Origin: an uncultured Pirellulales bacterium
GTDB taxonomy: Bacteria; Planctomycetota; Phycisphaerae; Sedimentisphaerales; Anaerobacaceae
Length of the DNA stretch: 64,000 bases
Assembly (NCBI GenBank): GCA_964346195.1
Contig: CAYFUB010000097.1
Coordinates: 4,688-68,687, forward strand
Direction of reading: 5' to 3'
Part shown: piece by piece, positions 47,303 through 55,795 of the stretch
How positions within the stretch are numbered: the stretch's first letter is position 1
How the letters are laid out: every line of letters starts with the position of its first letter
The notes under the pieces: model-generated
Seen by the model: the letters and a program-made list of their open reading frames with translations, nothing else
Databases searched by the model: none
Told to the model about the DNA's origin: nothing
Made by a program: the position numbers and the translations under genes

Positions 47303-47303
47303 A

Positions 47304-50165
47304 ATGCAGGAGATAGTCACAATGTGGATTTATAGAATGATTGCAGCCGGCGTGGTCCTGGTTATCGCTATGGCCCAGCCGCCAGTGCCCGGGCGCGCCG
47401 CCGAGGGCGGTGCTGACGCCGCTGTCGAGACGGTCCAGACCAATGGCGAGGTAAAGATCAAGCTCAATTTTCAGGATGCGCCGCTGCAGACCATCCTGGA
47501 GTACCTGTCCGAGACCGCGGGCCTGGCCGTCGTGTCCGACGAGCCCATTATAAATGGTCGGATGACGGTGATCAGCCGCCAGCCCATCTCCCTGAACGAA
47601 GCTGTCTCCCTGATCAACTCGATCCTGAAAGAAAAGGGCCTGACCACCGTCCTGACCGGCAAGACCCTGAAAGTCGTCACGCTGCAAAACGCCAAGAAGG
47701 AAAACCTCCCCGTCCTCACCGGTCGGGACCCGGACGCCATAGTTCCCAGTGACGACGTGGTGACCTATATCATTCCCGTCAGCCACGTGACGGCGACCGC
47801 CCTCAAGAACAACCTGCAAGCCCTGCTGCCGGAATACGCCAGTCTCGAGGCCAATGAAGACGGCAATGCCCTCATCATCACGGATACGACCGCGAACATC
47901 AGACGCCTGATGCAGATCGTCGTGGCGCTGGATACGCACATGGCCAGCGTTGCGGAAATCCGGGTGTTCCGCCTGGTCAACGCGAACGCCACGAGTGTGG
48001 CCGACCTGATCAACAACATCTTTCAGCAGCAGGCACAAGCCAGCAGCCGGAGTCGGCAAAGCGGTCGCGGGCCCGGCGGACCACTCGAGATGCTGATGCG
48101 GATGAGAGGCGGGCCCGACCGCGGGCGGGGCGATGACGACCAGAATCGCAGCACGCAGGGCGGAGGCAGCGTCAACGTGGACGTGGTGGCGGCCGCCGAC
48201 GAGCAGACGAACTCCGTCGTGGTTCGCGGGCCGGCCGAGGCGATGGACCTCGTCGCCGATGTCATCAAGGCCCTGGACGACCGAACCGCCAAGGTCGCCG
48301 ACGTCCGGGTCTTTCAGCTTCGATACGCCGACGCGATGAACGTGGCCGACGTCATCAATCAGCTCTTCGGCCAGCAACTATCCTCTTCTTCCCGTTCCAG
48401 GTCGAGTCGGGGGGGCGACACGGGTCCCATGATGTTCCGCGGCCCGTTCGGCGGTGGACCGGGCGAGCAGCGGGCCGAAGGGAACACCCTGGTGCAGGTC
48501 ACCGCCGCCGCGGACAGCCGCACCAACACCGTGGTGGTCACCGGCCCGGAGGCTGTCCTCAATGTCGTGGCTGGCGTCATCGAAAAGCTCGACTCCCAAA
48601 TCGCCAACGTAGCTGACGTGAAGGTCTTTCACCTGGAGTATGCCGACGCCCAGGACACCGCCGAGCTGATCAACGAAGTCTTTGGGCAACAAAGCACCTC
48701 CTCGTCGCGTTCCTCGCGGTCCGGCAGCCAACAGAACCAGCAGATCAGTTTCATGCGGGGCGGTCCCCCCGGATTCGGCGGGTTCGGCGGTCGCGGGAGT
48801 TTGGGGCAGAGCACCCAGGGTTCCGGCAGCATCTCGGACGTGGCTGTGATTGCCTCTGCCGACTCACGCACGAACTCCGTCGTGGTCAGCGGTCCCCCGG
48901 AAACGTTGACGATTATCGCGCAAGTCATCAAGGAACTGGACGAGAACCCGGAGCAGGAGCGGCGGATTTTCGTCTACGCGCTCAAGAATGCCAGCGCGAC
49001 GAATCTTATGACGATTCTGAACAATCTGTTCGCGGAAATGCAGGCGTTGAACCAGCAGGGCACCAGCACGCGGACCGGCCAGCAATTCCAGGGCGGCCAG
49101 AGAGCGGCCCAGGGCCCCACCCAGGGTGCGTCGTCGTCCGACTCATCGTCCGGCACCGACATCTCCGAGGAGACGTACTTCGAGGCCGATCCGAACACCA
49201 ACTCGCTGCTGTGTATGACCTCCTCGAAGAATTACGAGAAGATCAAACCCATTATCGAGGAATTGGATAGACCGGTCGGCCAGGTCCTGATCAAGGTCCT
49301 GTTTGCCGAGCTGACGCATAGTGACAGTCTGGATTGGGGGACCGAGTTCTCCATGTTGAACATTCGTGGGGACGGTGATTCCACGGGCACGGTGCAGGTC
49401 TTTGGCCGGCCGTTGACGCTGACGACGCCTGGGTCGCCTACCAGTCCACAAGGGCCCGGTGTGGAGGGTCCGACGGGTCTGTCGATCCGGACCTTGGAGG
49501 GCGAGCTGGACTTCACCATCCACGCCCTGCAGGAAACCGGCCGGCTGAACGTTCTGTCGCGGCCTTACGTCCTGACCCGGAACAACCAGACAGCGACAAT
49601 CACCGTCGTGGAAGAAGTGCCGATCCCAACCAGCGAGACGACCCAAGGGACGATCGGCAGCACCACCACATTCGACTACCGCAACGATATCGGGATCGTG
49701 CTGGATGTCACGCCGTCCGTCAACCCGGATGGGTTGGTCAACATGGTCGTCAGTCCGAAGATCACGACGCGGACGGGTGAGACGGTGCAGATTTCGGAGG
49801 GCCTGTCTCCTTCCGTCTTTGCCACGCGGTCGGCCAGCACGAGAGTGGCCGTGCTGAACGGCCAGACCATCGTCATCGGCGGCCTCATCGAAGACCAGAT
49901 GAGCGATTCAGTCAAGAAGGTCCCTCTGCTGGGGGACATTCCCATCGCGGGAGCCCTGTTCAGGCGAACGATCAAGGAAAAGAGCAAGACGGAACTGCTG
50001 ATCTTCTTGACGCCGCACGTCGCCCAGGAACCGGCGGAACTGACTCCCATCTCGGAAGCCGAACGTGCCAGGAGCAATCTGAGCACGGACAGCGAGGCGG
50101 CCGAGATTTTCCAGAAACACCTGGACGCCATGCGGAACGACGCAAACCAGGTTCCGAATCCCTGA
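47304..50165 (+). CDS. gspD: outer-membrane secretin (GspD/PilQ family) with four tandem N-domain modules
   Basis: Start trimmed to ATG 47304, 1 nt after the upstream stop. Signal MQEIVTMWIYRMIAAGVVLVIAMA. C-terminal secretin domain: NVLSRPYVLTRNNQTATI...GQTIVIGGLI...VPLLGDIPIAGALFR...ELLIFLTPHV. Confidence 0.9.
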   Translation: MQEIVTMWIYRMIAAGVVLVIAMAQPPVPGRAAEGGADAAVETVQTNGEVKIKLNFQDAPLQTILEYLSETAGLAVVSDEPIINGRMTVISRQPISLNEAVSLINSILKEKGLTTVLTGKTLKVVTLQNAKKENLPVLTGRDPDAIVPSDDVVTYIIPVSHVTATALKNNLQALLPEYASLEANEDGNALIITDTTANIRRLMQIVVALDTHMASVAEIRVFRLVNANATSVADLINNIFQQQAQASSRSRQSGRGPGGPLEMLMRMRGGPDRGRGDDDQNRSTQGGGSVNVDVVAAADEQTNSVVVRGPAEAMDLVADVIKALDDRTAKVADVRVFQLRYADAMNVADVINQLFGQQLSSSSRSRSSRGGDTGPMMFRGPFGGGPGEQRAEGNTLVQVTAAADSRTNTVVVTGPEAVLNVVAGVIEKLDSQIANVADVKVFHLEYADAQDTAELINEVFGQQSTSSSRSSRSGSQQNQQISFMRGGPPGFGGFGGRGSLGQSTQGSGSISDVAVIASADSRTNSVVVSGPPETLTIIAQVIKELDENPEQERRIFVYALKNASATNLMTILNNLFAEMQALNQQGTSTRTGQQFQGGQRAAQGPTQGASSSDSSSGTDISEETYFEADPNTNSLLCMTSSKNYEKIKPIIEELDRPVGQVLIKVLFAELTHSDSLDWGTEFSMLNIRGDGDSTGTVQVFGRPLTLTTPGSPTSPQGPGVEGPTGLSIRTLEGELDFTIHALQETGRLNVLSRPYVLTRNNQTATITVVEEVPIPTSETTQGTIGSTTTFDYRNDIGIVLDVTPSVNPDGLVNMVVSPKITTRTGETVQISEGLSPSVFATRSASTRVAVLNGQTIVIGGLIEDQMSDSVKKVPLLGDIPIAGALFRRTIKEKSKTELLIFLTPHVAQEPAELTPISEAERARSNLSTDSEAAEIFQKHLDAMRNDANQVPNP

Positions 50166-51878
50166 TTACCGCTCAGACGCGGCTCCGTCTTTCGGAGCCG
50201 GCTTTCTCCATCCCGGTCCGCGTGCGACGCGGCCGGGCTTGGCGCCGGTATGCTCACCGTCCCTGAGGACCTGTATTCCGTTCACAAAGACGTGGATCAT
50301 GCCTGTGGCGTACTGATGCGGTTTCTCATAGGTGGCGCGGTCGATCACCCTTGCCGGATCGAAAACAACGATGTCCGCATGGTAGCCTTTCTCAAGTCTG
50401 CCGCGCCGGTCCAGCTTGAGGTTGTCGGCCGGCAGTGAGGTCAACCGCCTGATCGCCTCCTGAAGGGTAATGATCTTCTCTTGGCGCACGTACTTGCCGA
50501 GGAGCCGGGCGAAGCTCCCGTAGCCACGCGGATGCGGATTCGACTTCAGGAAGACTCCCTCGGGGGCAAGAGAGCCTGAGTCTGAGCAGAAGCTCACCCA
50601 CGGCAGCCTGATCTGCTTTCTCACATTCTCCTCCGACATCAGAAAATAGACCGTGCCGACCCGGCTGTCGTCCTCGATCACGAGGTCGATGATGGTCTCG
50701 GACGGCGATCTTCCCCTCAGCGCCGCGACCTGCGCCAGAGTCTTGCCGGTCAGATGCTTGAGTCTTTCGTTCTTGAAGGCCACCAGGAGCACGTTTTCCG
50801 GGCCACCCGCCAGCAGATAGAGATTTTCCCAATCAGCGGAAGGAGCGGCCATCTCCTCCAACACCCGTCGCCGGATGGCCGGATCCTTGAGCCGCGCCAC
50901 CCATGCCTGGTGTCCGCCGGCCTGGACCCAGGGTGGCATGGCGGCATCGAGGCCTGTAGCGCCGGCCGTATAAGTATACATGTCGGCGGTGATGCTCAGA
51001 CCCTCTGCCCGGGCCTTCTCAATCCTCTCAATCAGAGCGTCGCATTTGTGCCAATTCGATTTGCCGGCGGCTTTCATGTGGTACAGCTCTGCGGCTACGT
51101 TGGCTTTTCGCGCCGTCGCGATGAGCTCGTCCAACGCCTCCAGCAGGCCGTTGCCCTCGCTGCGGATATGCGAAATGTACATTCCCCCATATTCACCCGC
51201 CACCTCGGCCAGTGCCGTCAGCTCGTCGGCGCCGGCATAGCAGCCGGGAGCATAGATCAGCGCGGAACTGACACCTACCGCTCCCTCCTGCATTGCCGCT
51301 CTTACCAGTCCGCGCATCGCTTCAAGCTCCTTGGGAGTAGGCGGACGGTTCTCATACCCCAGGGCGTGAACGCGAACGGTCGCGGCGCCCACGAAAGAGG
51401 CTATGTTGGTCGATACCCCTCTGCGTGCCAGGTAGTCGAGGTACTCGCCGAGTGTGGTCCATTCAATGCTGAACTTGATGTCCCCCTGAGATCCGCGCAT
51501 CTCCTGTTTCATCTGTTCATTCAAAGGCCCCATGGACCACCCTTCACCCATGACTTCCAGGGTCACCCCCTGGCGAATGTCGCTCTGCGACCTTCCATCC
51601 GCGATGAGACAGTCCGTCGCCCAGCTCAGCATATTGATGAAACCGGGAGCTACGGCCAGACCCTGTGCCTGGATGACCCGGGCTGCGTCCGGCCGGAGAT
51701 TCCCGATAGCGACAATACGGTCGTCTTTGATTCCGACGTCCGCAATGTACGAGGGCCCGCCGGAACCGTCATATATTCTGCCTGACGCGATCACCACATC
51801 GTAAGTCTGTGAGTAGCAGACAACGGCCATACCCGCGATGAGCGCTGTTATTTGGAGAAGCACGATGGTTCGTTGCAT
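50166..51878 (-). CDS. N-acyl-D-amino-acid deacylase (D-aminoacylase) family amidohydrolase, secreted
   Basis: Signal MQRTIVLLQITALIAGMAVVCYS. YDVVIASGRIYDGSG...ADVGIKDDRIVAIGNL. YISHIRSEGNGLLEALDE. Confidence 0.85.
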   Translation of the reverse strand: MQRTIVLLQITALIAGMAVVCYSQTYDVVIASGRIYDGSGGPSYIADVGIKDDRIVAIGNLRPDAARVIQAQGLAVAPGFINMLSWATDCLIADGRSQSDIRQGVTLEVMGEGWSMGPLNEQMKQEMRGSQGDIKFSIEWTTLGEYLDYLARRGVSTNIASFVGAATVRVHALGYENRPPTPKELEAMRGLVRAAMQEGAVGVSSALIYAPGCYAGADELTALAEVAGEYGGMYISHIRSEGNGLLEALDELIATARKANVAAELYHMKAAGKSNWHKCDALIERIEKARAEGLSITADMYTYTAGATGLDAAMPPWVQAGGHQAWVARLKDPAIRRRVLEEMAAPSADWENLYLLAGGPENVLLVAFKNERLKHLTGKTLAQVAALRGRSPSETIIDLVIEDDSRVGTVYFLMSEENVRKQIRLPWVSFCSDSGSLAPEGVFLKSNPHPRGYGSFARLLGKYVRQEKIITLQEAIRRLTSLPADNLKLDRRGRLEKGYHADIVVFDPARVIDRATYEKPHQYATGMIHVFVNGIQVLRDGEHTGAKPGRVARGPGWRKPAPKDGAASER

Positions 51879-52056
51879 GTCGCCTGCTCCTTACCGCTGA
51901 ATCGTGACCGGATGACACATGTAAACCTGACGGAGTTGTCGCCGCACATCATAGCCTCAGAACGAAATCCCCGCAATCAATTCAGGCTGGACTTCCCGGA
52001 GGTGCCACGCGCGTTGTCATGTACAAGGCGGGAAACTCCCAAGGACTGTAAGTAAT

Positions 52057-52237
52057 CAGGGCAATCGTATGTGGGCGTGAATATCCTGTGATTGAGCGGT
52101 GCGTGGCAGGGTCCCCCAAACGCGGTCTCTCGCGTTTGGGGTCCCTACGCACCCTACGAATAACGCATGGCCCGTGGCCCGTAGGGTGCGCACCACGCAC
52201 CATCTTCAATCGCCAAGGGAACATGCGATTGCCCTGG
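52057..52237. repeat. nested palindromic element (outer stem, inner stem, two hairpins)
   Basis: CAGGGCAATCGTATGT (52057-52072) pairs with ACATGCGATTGCCCTGG (52221-52237). GGTGCGTGG pairs with CCACGCACC. Inner hairpins are CCCCAAACGCG-GTCTCT-CGCGTTTGGGG and CGCACCCTACG...CGTAGGGTGCG. Confidence 0.55.
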
Positions 52238-52281
52238 GGCCCGTGTCATGTTTGTAGGTAATGCGGATATCTTGCCTGGTT

Positions 52282-52466
52282 TGTCATGTCGAGCGAAGCG
52301 CCGGGGTAGTCGAGGGGTTCCCAAACGCGAAACGATGCGTTTGGGGACCCCGAGACATCTGGCCGCGAAGGAAAGGCGCCTCTTGTTCGTAGCCAGATTG
52401 CCGAGGCGGGCTCTCCGCTGCGCTGCGTGTCTCCGCTCCGGCCTTCGGCCTCCGGCCGAAATGACA
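52282..52466. repeat. MITE-like element with TGTCAT termini, carrying an internal CCAAACGC hairpin
   Basis: Termini TGTCATGTCGAGCG... and ...CGGCCGAAATGACA. Internal hairpin GGGGTTCCCAAACGC-GAAACGAT-GCGTTTGGGGACCCC (52315-52351). Confidence 0.5.
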
Positions 52467-52610
52467 GTTTCAGATGGTTTTCGCAGAATCTACCTACAAT
52501 CGTGACACACACCCATTGCCCTGTGCAGGCAACACTTGCAGGAGGGACGTAGAGCTCTTACAATCGCGGTCGAAGTCTTGCGCTCGATCGAGTATGAAAG
52601 GGGTCCAATC

Positions 52611-54665
52611 ATGCGGCTGACACACTTCCTGAGCGTTGTTTCCGTCATAATCTGTGTGAGTGTCTCGACAGGATGGAGCCAGGCCTATGGCCCGCCGGAC
52701 CGGGGTCAGCCCGGCGATGAGATGATCCAGGAATACCTGGCGCGCGAGGCTGAGTTGATCCACGGGACATTCATGCAGCACGTCAAATCGCGGGAAGATT
52801 GGGAGAAACTGCGGCCGCGATACAGGGACGAATATCTCTATATGCTGGGGCTGCAACCGATGCCGGAGAAGACCCCTCTGAAGGCCGTGGTCACCGGGAC
52901 CCTGAAGGGCGACGGCTATATCGTCGACATGCTTCATTATCAGAGTATGCCGAGGCTATACGTCACCGCCAATCTCTTCCGGCCCGCCGAGGTCGAGCAA
53001 GGTCGGCGTCTGCCCGCGGTGCTCTATGTCTGCGGGCATTCATTCTGTGGTCGCAATGGCAACAAGACCGCCTACCAGTCGCATGGCCTGTGGTTCGCCC
53101 GGCACGGCTATGTCTGTCTGGTCCTCGACACTCTGCAGTTGGGCGAAATTGCGGCCATTCACCATGGCACGTACCGCGAGGGCCGCTGGTGGTGGCATTC
53201 GCGAGGTTACACGTCGGCCGGTGTCGAGTGCCTCAACGGAATCCGCGGTATCGATTACCTGCTCAGCCGCCCGGACGTGGACCCGCAGCGCCTCGCCGTG
53301 ACCGGCATCAGCGGCGGGGGAGCCGCCACGTTCCGGATCGCGGCGGCCGACGAGCGCCCGCAGGTCGCGGTCCCCGTCAGCGGCATGGCCGATCTGCCGT
53401 CCTATGTCTCCAATCGCGTCATCAACGGACACTGCGACTGCATGTTCCTGTACAATACGTTTCAGTGGTCCTGGACCCATATCGCGGCTCTGATTGCGCC
53501 GCGCGCGCTGCTGTTCACCAACAGCGATCAAGACCGTATTTTCCCGATGGATGCCAACCGGCGGGTGATCAACCGCCTCGAACGGCTTTACAGCCTGTAC
53601 GGAGCCGGGGACTTCGTCGATAGCTTCGTCAGCGTCGGCGATCACGCCTATCGAAAGGACATCCGTCAGGCGGCGTATCGCTTCATCAACATGCACCTGA
53701 AGAACGATGCGCGCGTGGTCGATGACGGCGAGGTGGACCTTGCCACCGGCCCGCGGGACCAGCGGGAATACGCCATCAGTCCGGAGAAGCTCCGCGTTTT
53801 CCCCGAGGATTCGGATATCCCCGCGGGCGAGTTGAACACTACGATCGACCGGCACTTCGTGCCCATGGCCCAGGTCCAGCCGCCGGAGAACGGGGCCTAT
53901 GAAGCCTGGAAGGCGCCGCTCCTGGCCGAGCTGTGTCGGGTCGCGTTTCGGTATTTTCCCGAGCGAATCCCGCCGGGGAAGCCTCTTCCCGGGGGCCAGC
54001 CCGAGAGCGTTTGGCTCTTCTCCGAGCCCGGCATCAAAGTGCACGTGCAGTGCCTCAAGGATATGGAGCCAGGCGGGAAGCCGACTCGCATCCTGCTGGT
54101 GGTGCGAAACCTGGAAGCGGCAGGGGCGAATGATGATTCACCCCTGCTGTCGGACCGGGTGCGCCGCGTGTGCGAACCGGGCGATTGTATATATGCGTGT
54201 GCCCCGCGTGGCGTGGGTGACACGCGCTGGACCCGTAAGAATCCGCCGAACTACGTCGAGCGGTCACACGTCCTGCTGGGACGGACTGTCGATACCGGAC
54301 GGGTCTGGGATATCATCGCGGCAGCCCGCTATCTTCGCGAGAGGCACGGTCAGGGCGCTGCCGTTCACGTGCTTGGTGAGGGTCCCGCTGCTGTCCTGGC
54401 AGCCTATGCCGCGCTATTAGAGCCGGAGATTGCCGCGGTGATAGCCGTCGAGCCGCCGTCGTCCCACATGGAAGCCGAGGCCCCTCAGTTCCTGAACGTC
54501 CTCAGGGTGTGCGATATCCCGGATGTATTCGGCATGCTGGCGCCGCGCCCCCTGACCTTGCACGGAAAGGACAGTGACGCCATGACGAAGGTGGCGCGGC
54601 TCTACGCGGCGGCGGGAGCCTCGGAAAGACTCGTCAGGAATCCCGGCAAACGCGATACAAGGTAG
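52611..54665 (+). CDS. secreted alpha/beta-hydrolase (acetyl-xylan-esterase / S9-peptidase-like)
   Basis: Start trimmed to ATG 52611 (MRLTHFLSVVSVIICVSVSTGWSQA). Nucleophile elbow VTGISGGGAAT (GxSxG). Confidence 0.75.
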   Translation: MRLTHFLSVVSVIICVSVSTGWSQAYGPPDRGQPGDEMIQEYLAREAELIHGTFMQHVKSREDWEKLRPRYRDEYLYMLGLQPMPEKTPLKAVVTGTLKGDGYIVDMLHYQSMPRLYVTANLFRPAEVEQGRRLPAVLYVCGHSFCGRNGNKTAYQSHGLWFARHGYVCLVLDTLQLGEIAAIHHGTYREGRWWWHSRGYTSAGVECLNGIRGIDYLLSRPDVDPQRLAVTGISGGGAATFRIAAADERPQVAVPVSGMADLPSYVSNRVINGHCDCMFLYNTFQWSWTHIAALIAPRALLFTNSDQDRIFPMDANRRVINRLERLYSLYGAGDFVDSFVSVGDHAYRKDIRQAAYRFINMHLKNDARVVDDGEVDLATGPRDQREYAISPEKLRVFPEDSDIPAGELNTTIDRHFVPMAQVQPPENGAYEAWKAPLLAELCRVAFRYFPERIPPGKPLPGGQPESVWLFSEPGIKVHVQCLKDMEPGGKPTRILLVVRNLEAAGANDDSPLLSDRVRRVCEPGDCIYACAPRGVGDTRWTRKNPPNYVERSHVLLGRTVDTGRVWDIIAAARYLRERHGQGAAVHVLGEGPAAVLAAYAALLEPEIAAVIAVEPPSSHMEAEAPQFLNVLRVCDIPDVFGMLAPRPLTLHGKDSDAMTKVARLYAAAGASERLVRNPGKRDTR

Positions 54666-54696
54666 GATGGATTGTGATTGACTCTTGGACACAGCG

Positions 54697-54737
54697 TGTC
54701 ATCCTGAACGGAGCGACGCGGAGTGAAGGATCTGGCC
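54697..54737. repeat. solo arm of the TGTCATCCTGA(G/A) repeat family
   Basis: TGTCATCCTGAACGGAGCGACGCGGAGTGAAGGATCTGGCC closely matches the left arm of the element at 19454. Confidence 0.5.
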
Positions 54738-54829
54738 CGCGACGGAGAAGAACCTTACGTGCAACGGCCGAACCGACATAGAAGGTTTTCGTCTTTGTTG
54801 TTGCCAAAGGGCGACCGGGAGGAATCGTT

Positions 54830-55573
54830 ATGAAACTGCGTTTGCTGGTCTGGCCGGTTCTGGCGGTGGTAGTTGGTTGGAGTTCGTGGGTGTTCACGCA
54901 GCAGGCGGCCCGGGAAGAATCGGCCGCCCGGGTGCTGCGGGTGCCACAGACGGAGGATTTCACCGTTGACGGCAGCGGCGCTGCGTCCGCCTGGAAGAAG
55001 GCGGCCTGGGAGCCGCTCCACCTGCGTGTCACCGACGGCCATCAATACCAGACGCGCGTCAAAATGCTCTATTCGCGGACCGGACTGTACGTGCTGATGG
55101 AGGCGGAGGATCGTACCCTCACCGCCACGATGAACGAGGATTTCCTCAACCTGTGGAACGAAGATGTATTTGAGTTCTTCCTCTGGCCGGATGAGCGGTA
55201 CCCCGTCTATTTCGAATACGAGATCTCGCCCTTGGGTTTCGAGTTGCCGATCCTCATCCCCAACTTCGGGGGCGAGTTCCTCGGCTGGCGGCCCTGGCAC
55301 TACGAGGGGAAACGCAAGACGCAGAAGGCCACGGCGGCTGTGGGCGGCCCGAAGCAGTCGGGCGCCCGCGTGACGGGCTGGATCGCCGAAGTGTTTGTCC
55401 CATACGACCTGCTCAAGCCGCTGCAAAACGTTCCCCCGCAACGCGGAACACGCTGGCGGGCCAATTTCTACCGCGTCGATTACGACGACGGCAAGAGCAC
55501 GAGTTGGGACTGGACCCGTGTCGGTCCCAGCTTCCACGAGTTCAACAAGTTCGGCACGCTCATCTTCGAGTAG
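54830..55573 (+). CDS. carbohydrate-binding family 9-like (DOMON-like) secreted protein
   Basis: Signal MKLRLLVWPVLAVVVGWSSWVFT. LWNEDVFEFFLWPDERYPVYFEYEISPLG. GWIAEVFVPYDLL. RWRANFYRVDYDDG. Confidence 0.75.
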   Translation: MKLRLLVWPVLAVVVGWSSWVFTQQAAREESAARVLRVPQTEDFTVDGSGAASAWKKAAWEPLHLRVTDGHQYQTRVKMLYSRTGLYVLMEAEDRTLTATMNEDFLNLWNEDVFEFFLWPDERYPVYFEYEISPLGFELPILIPNFGGEFLGWRPWHYEGKRKTQKATAAVGGPKQSGARVTGWIAEVFVPYDLLKPLQNVPPQRGTRWRANFYRVDYDDGKSTSWDWTRVGPSFHEFNKFGTLIFE

Positions 55574-55795
55574 CAGGCGCAGAGTCAGTGACGACCTTGA
55601 CGTTGCACACCGCGCCGGACGCCGTCGAAAGAGCCGGCGCGACCACGATTGAAATACCTCTGGGTGCAAATCCTGCCTTCGTTCTCATCAGTCCTGGGCA
55701 CCTGCTCTGTTGTACTTGTGCGGATCGGTATGCTTTGCCGGTGGCCTTCTTGATTATTTCTCCCTGCCGGGGTTCGGGCGGCTGTCTTTTTCGTC

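Noticed and set aside
47043-47303. Upstream 87 codons of the secretin track ORF
   Set aside because: They overlap the PilP/GspC-like gene, contain no signal peptide, and are Ser/Arg-rich. ATG 47304 directly follows the upstream stop and is followed by a signal peptide.
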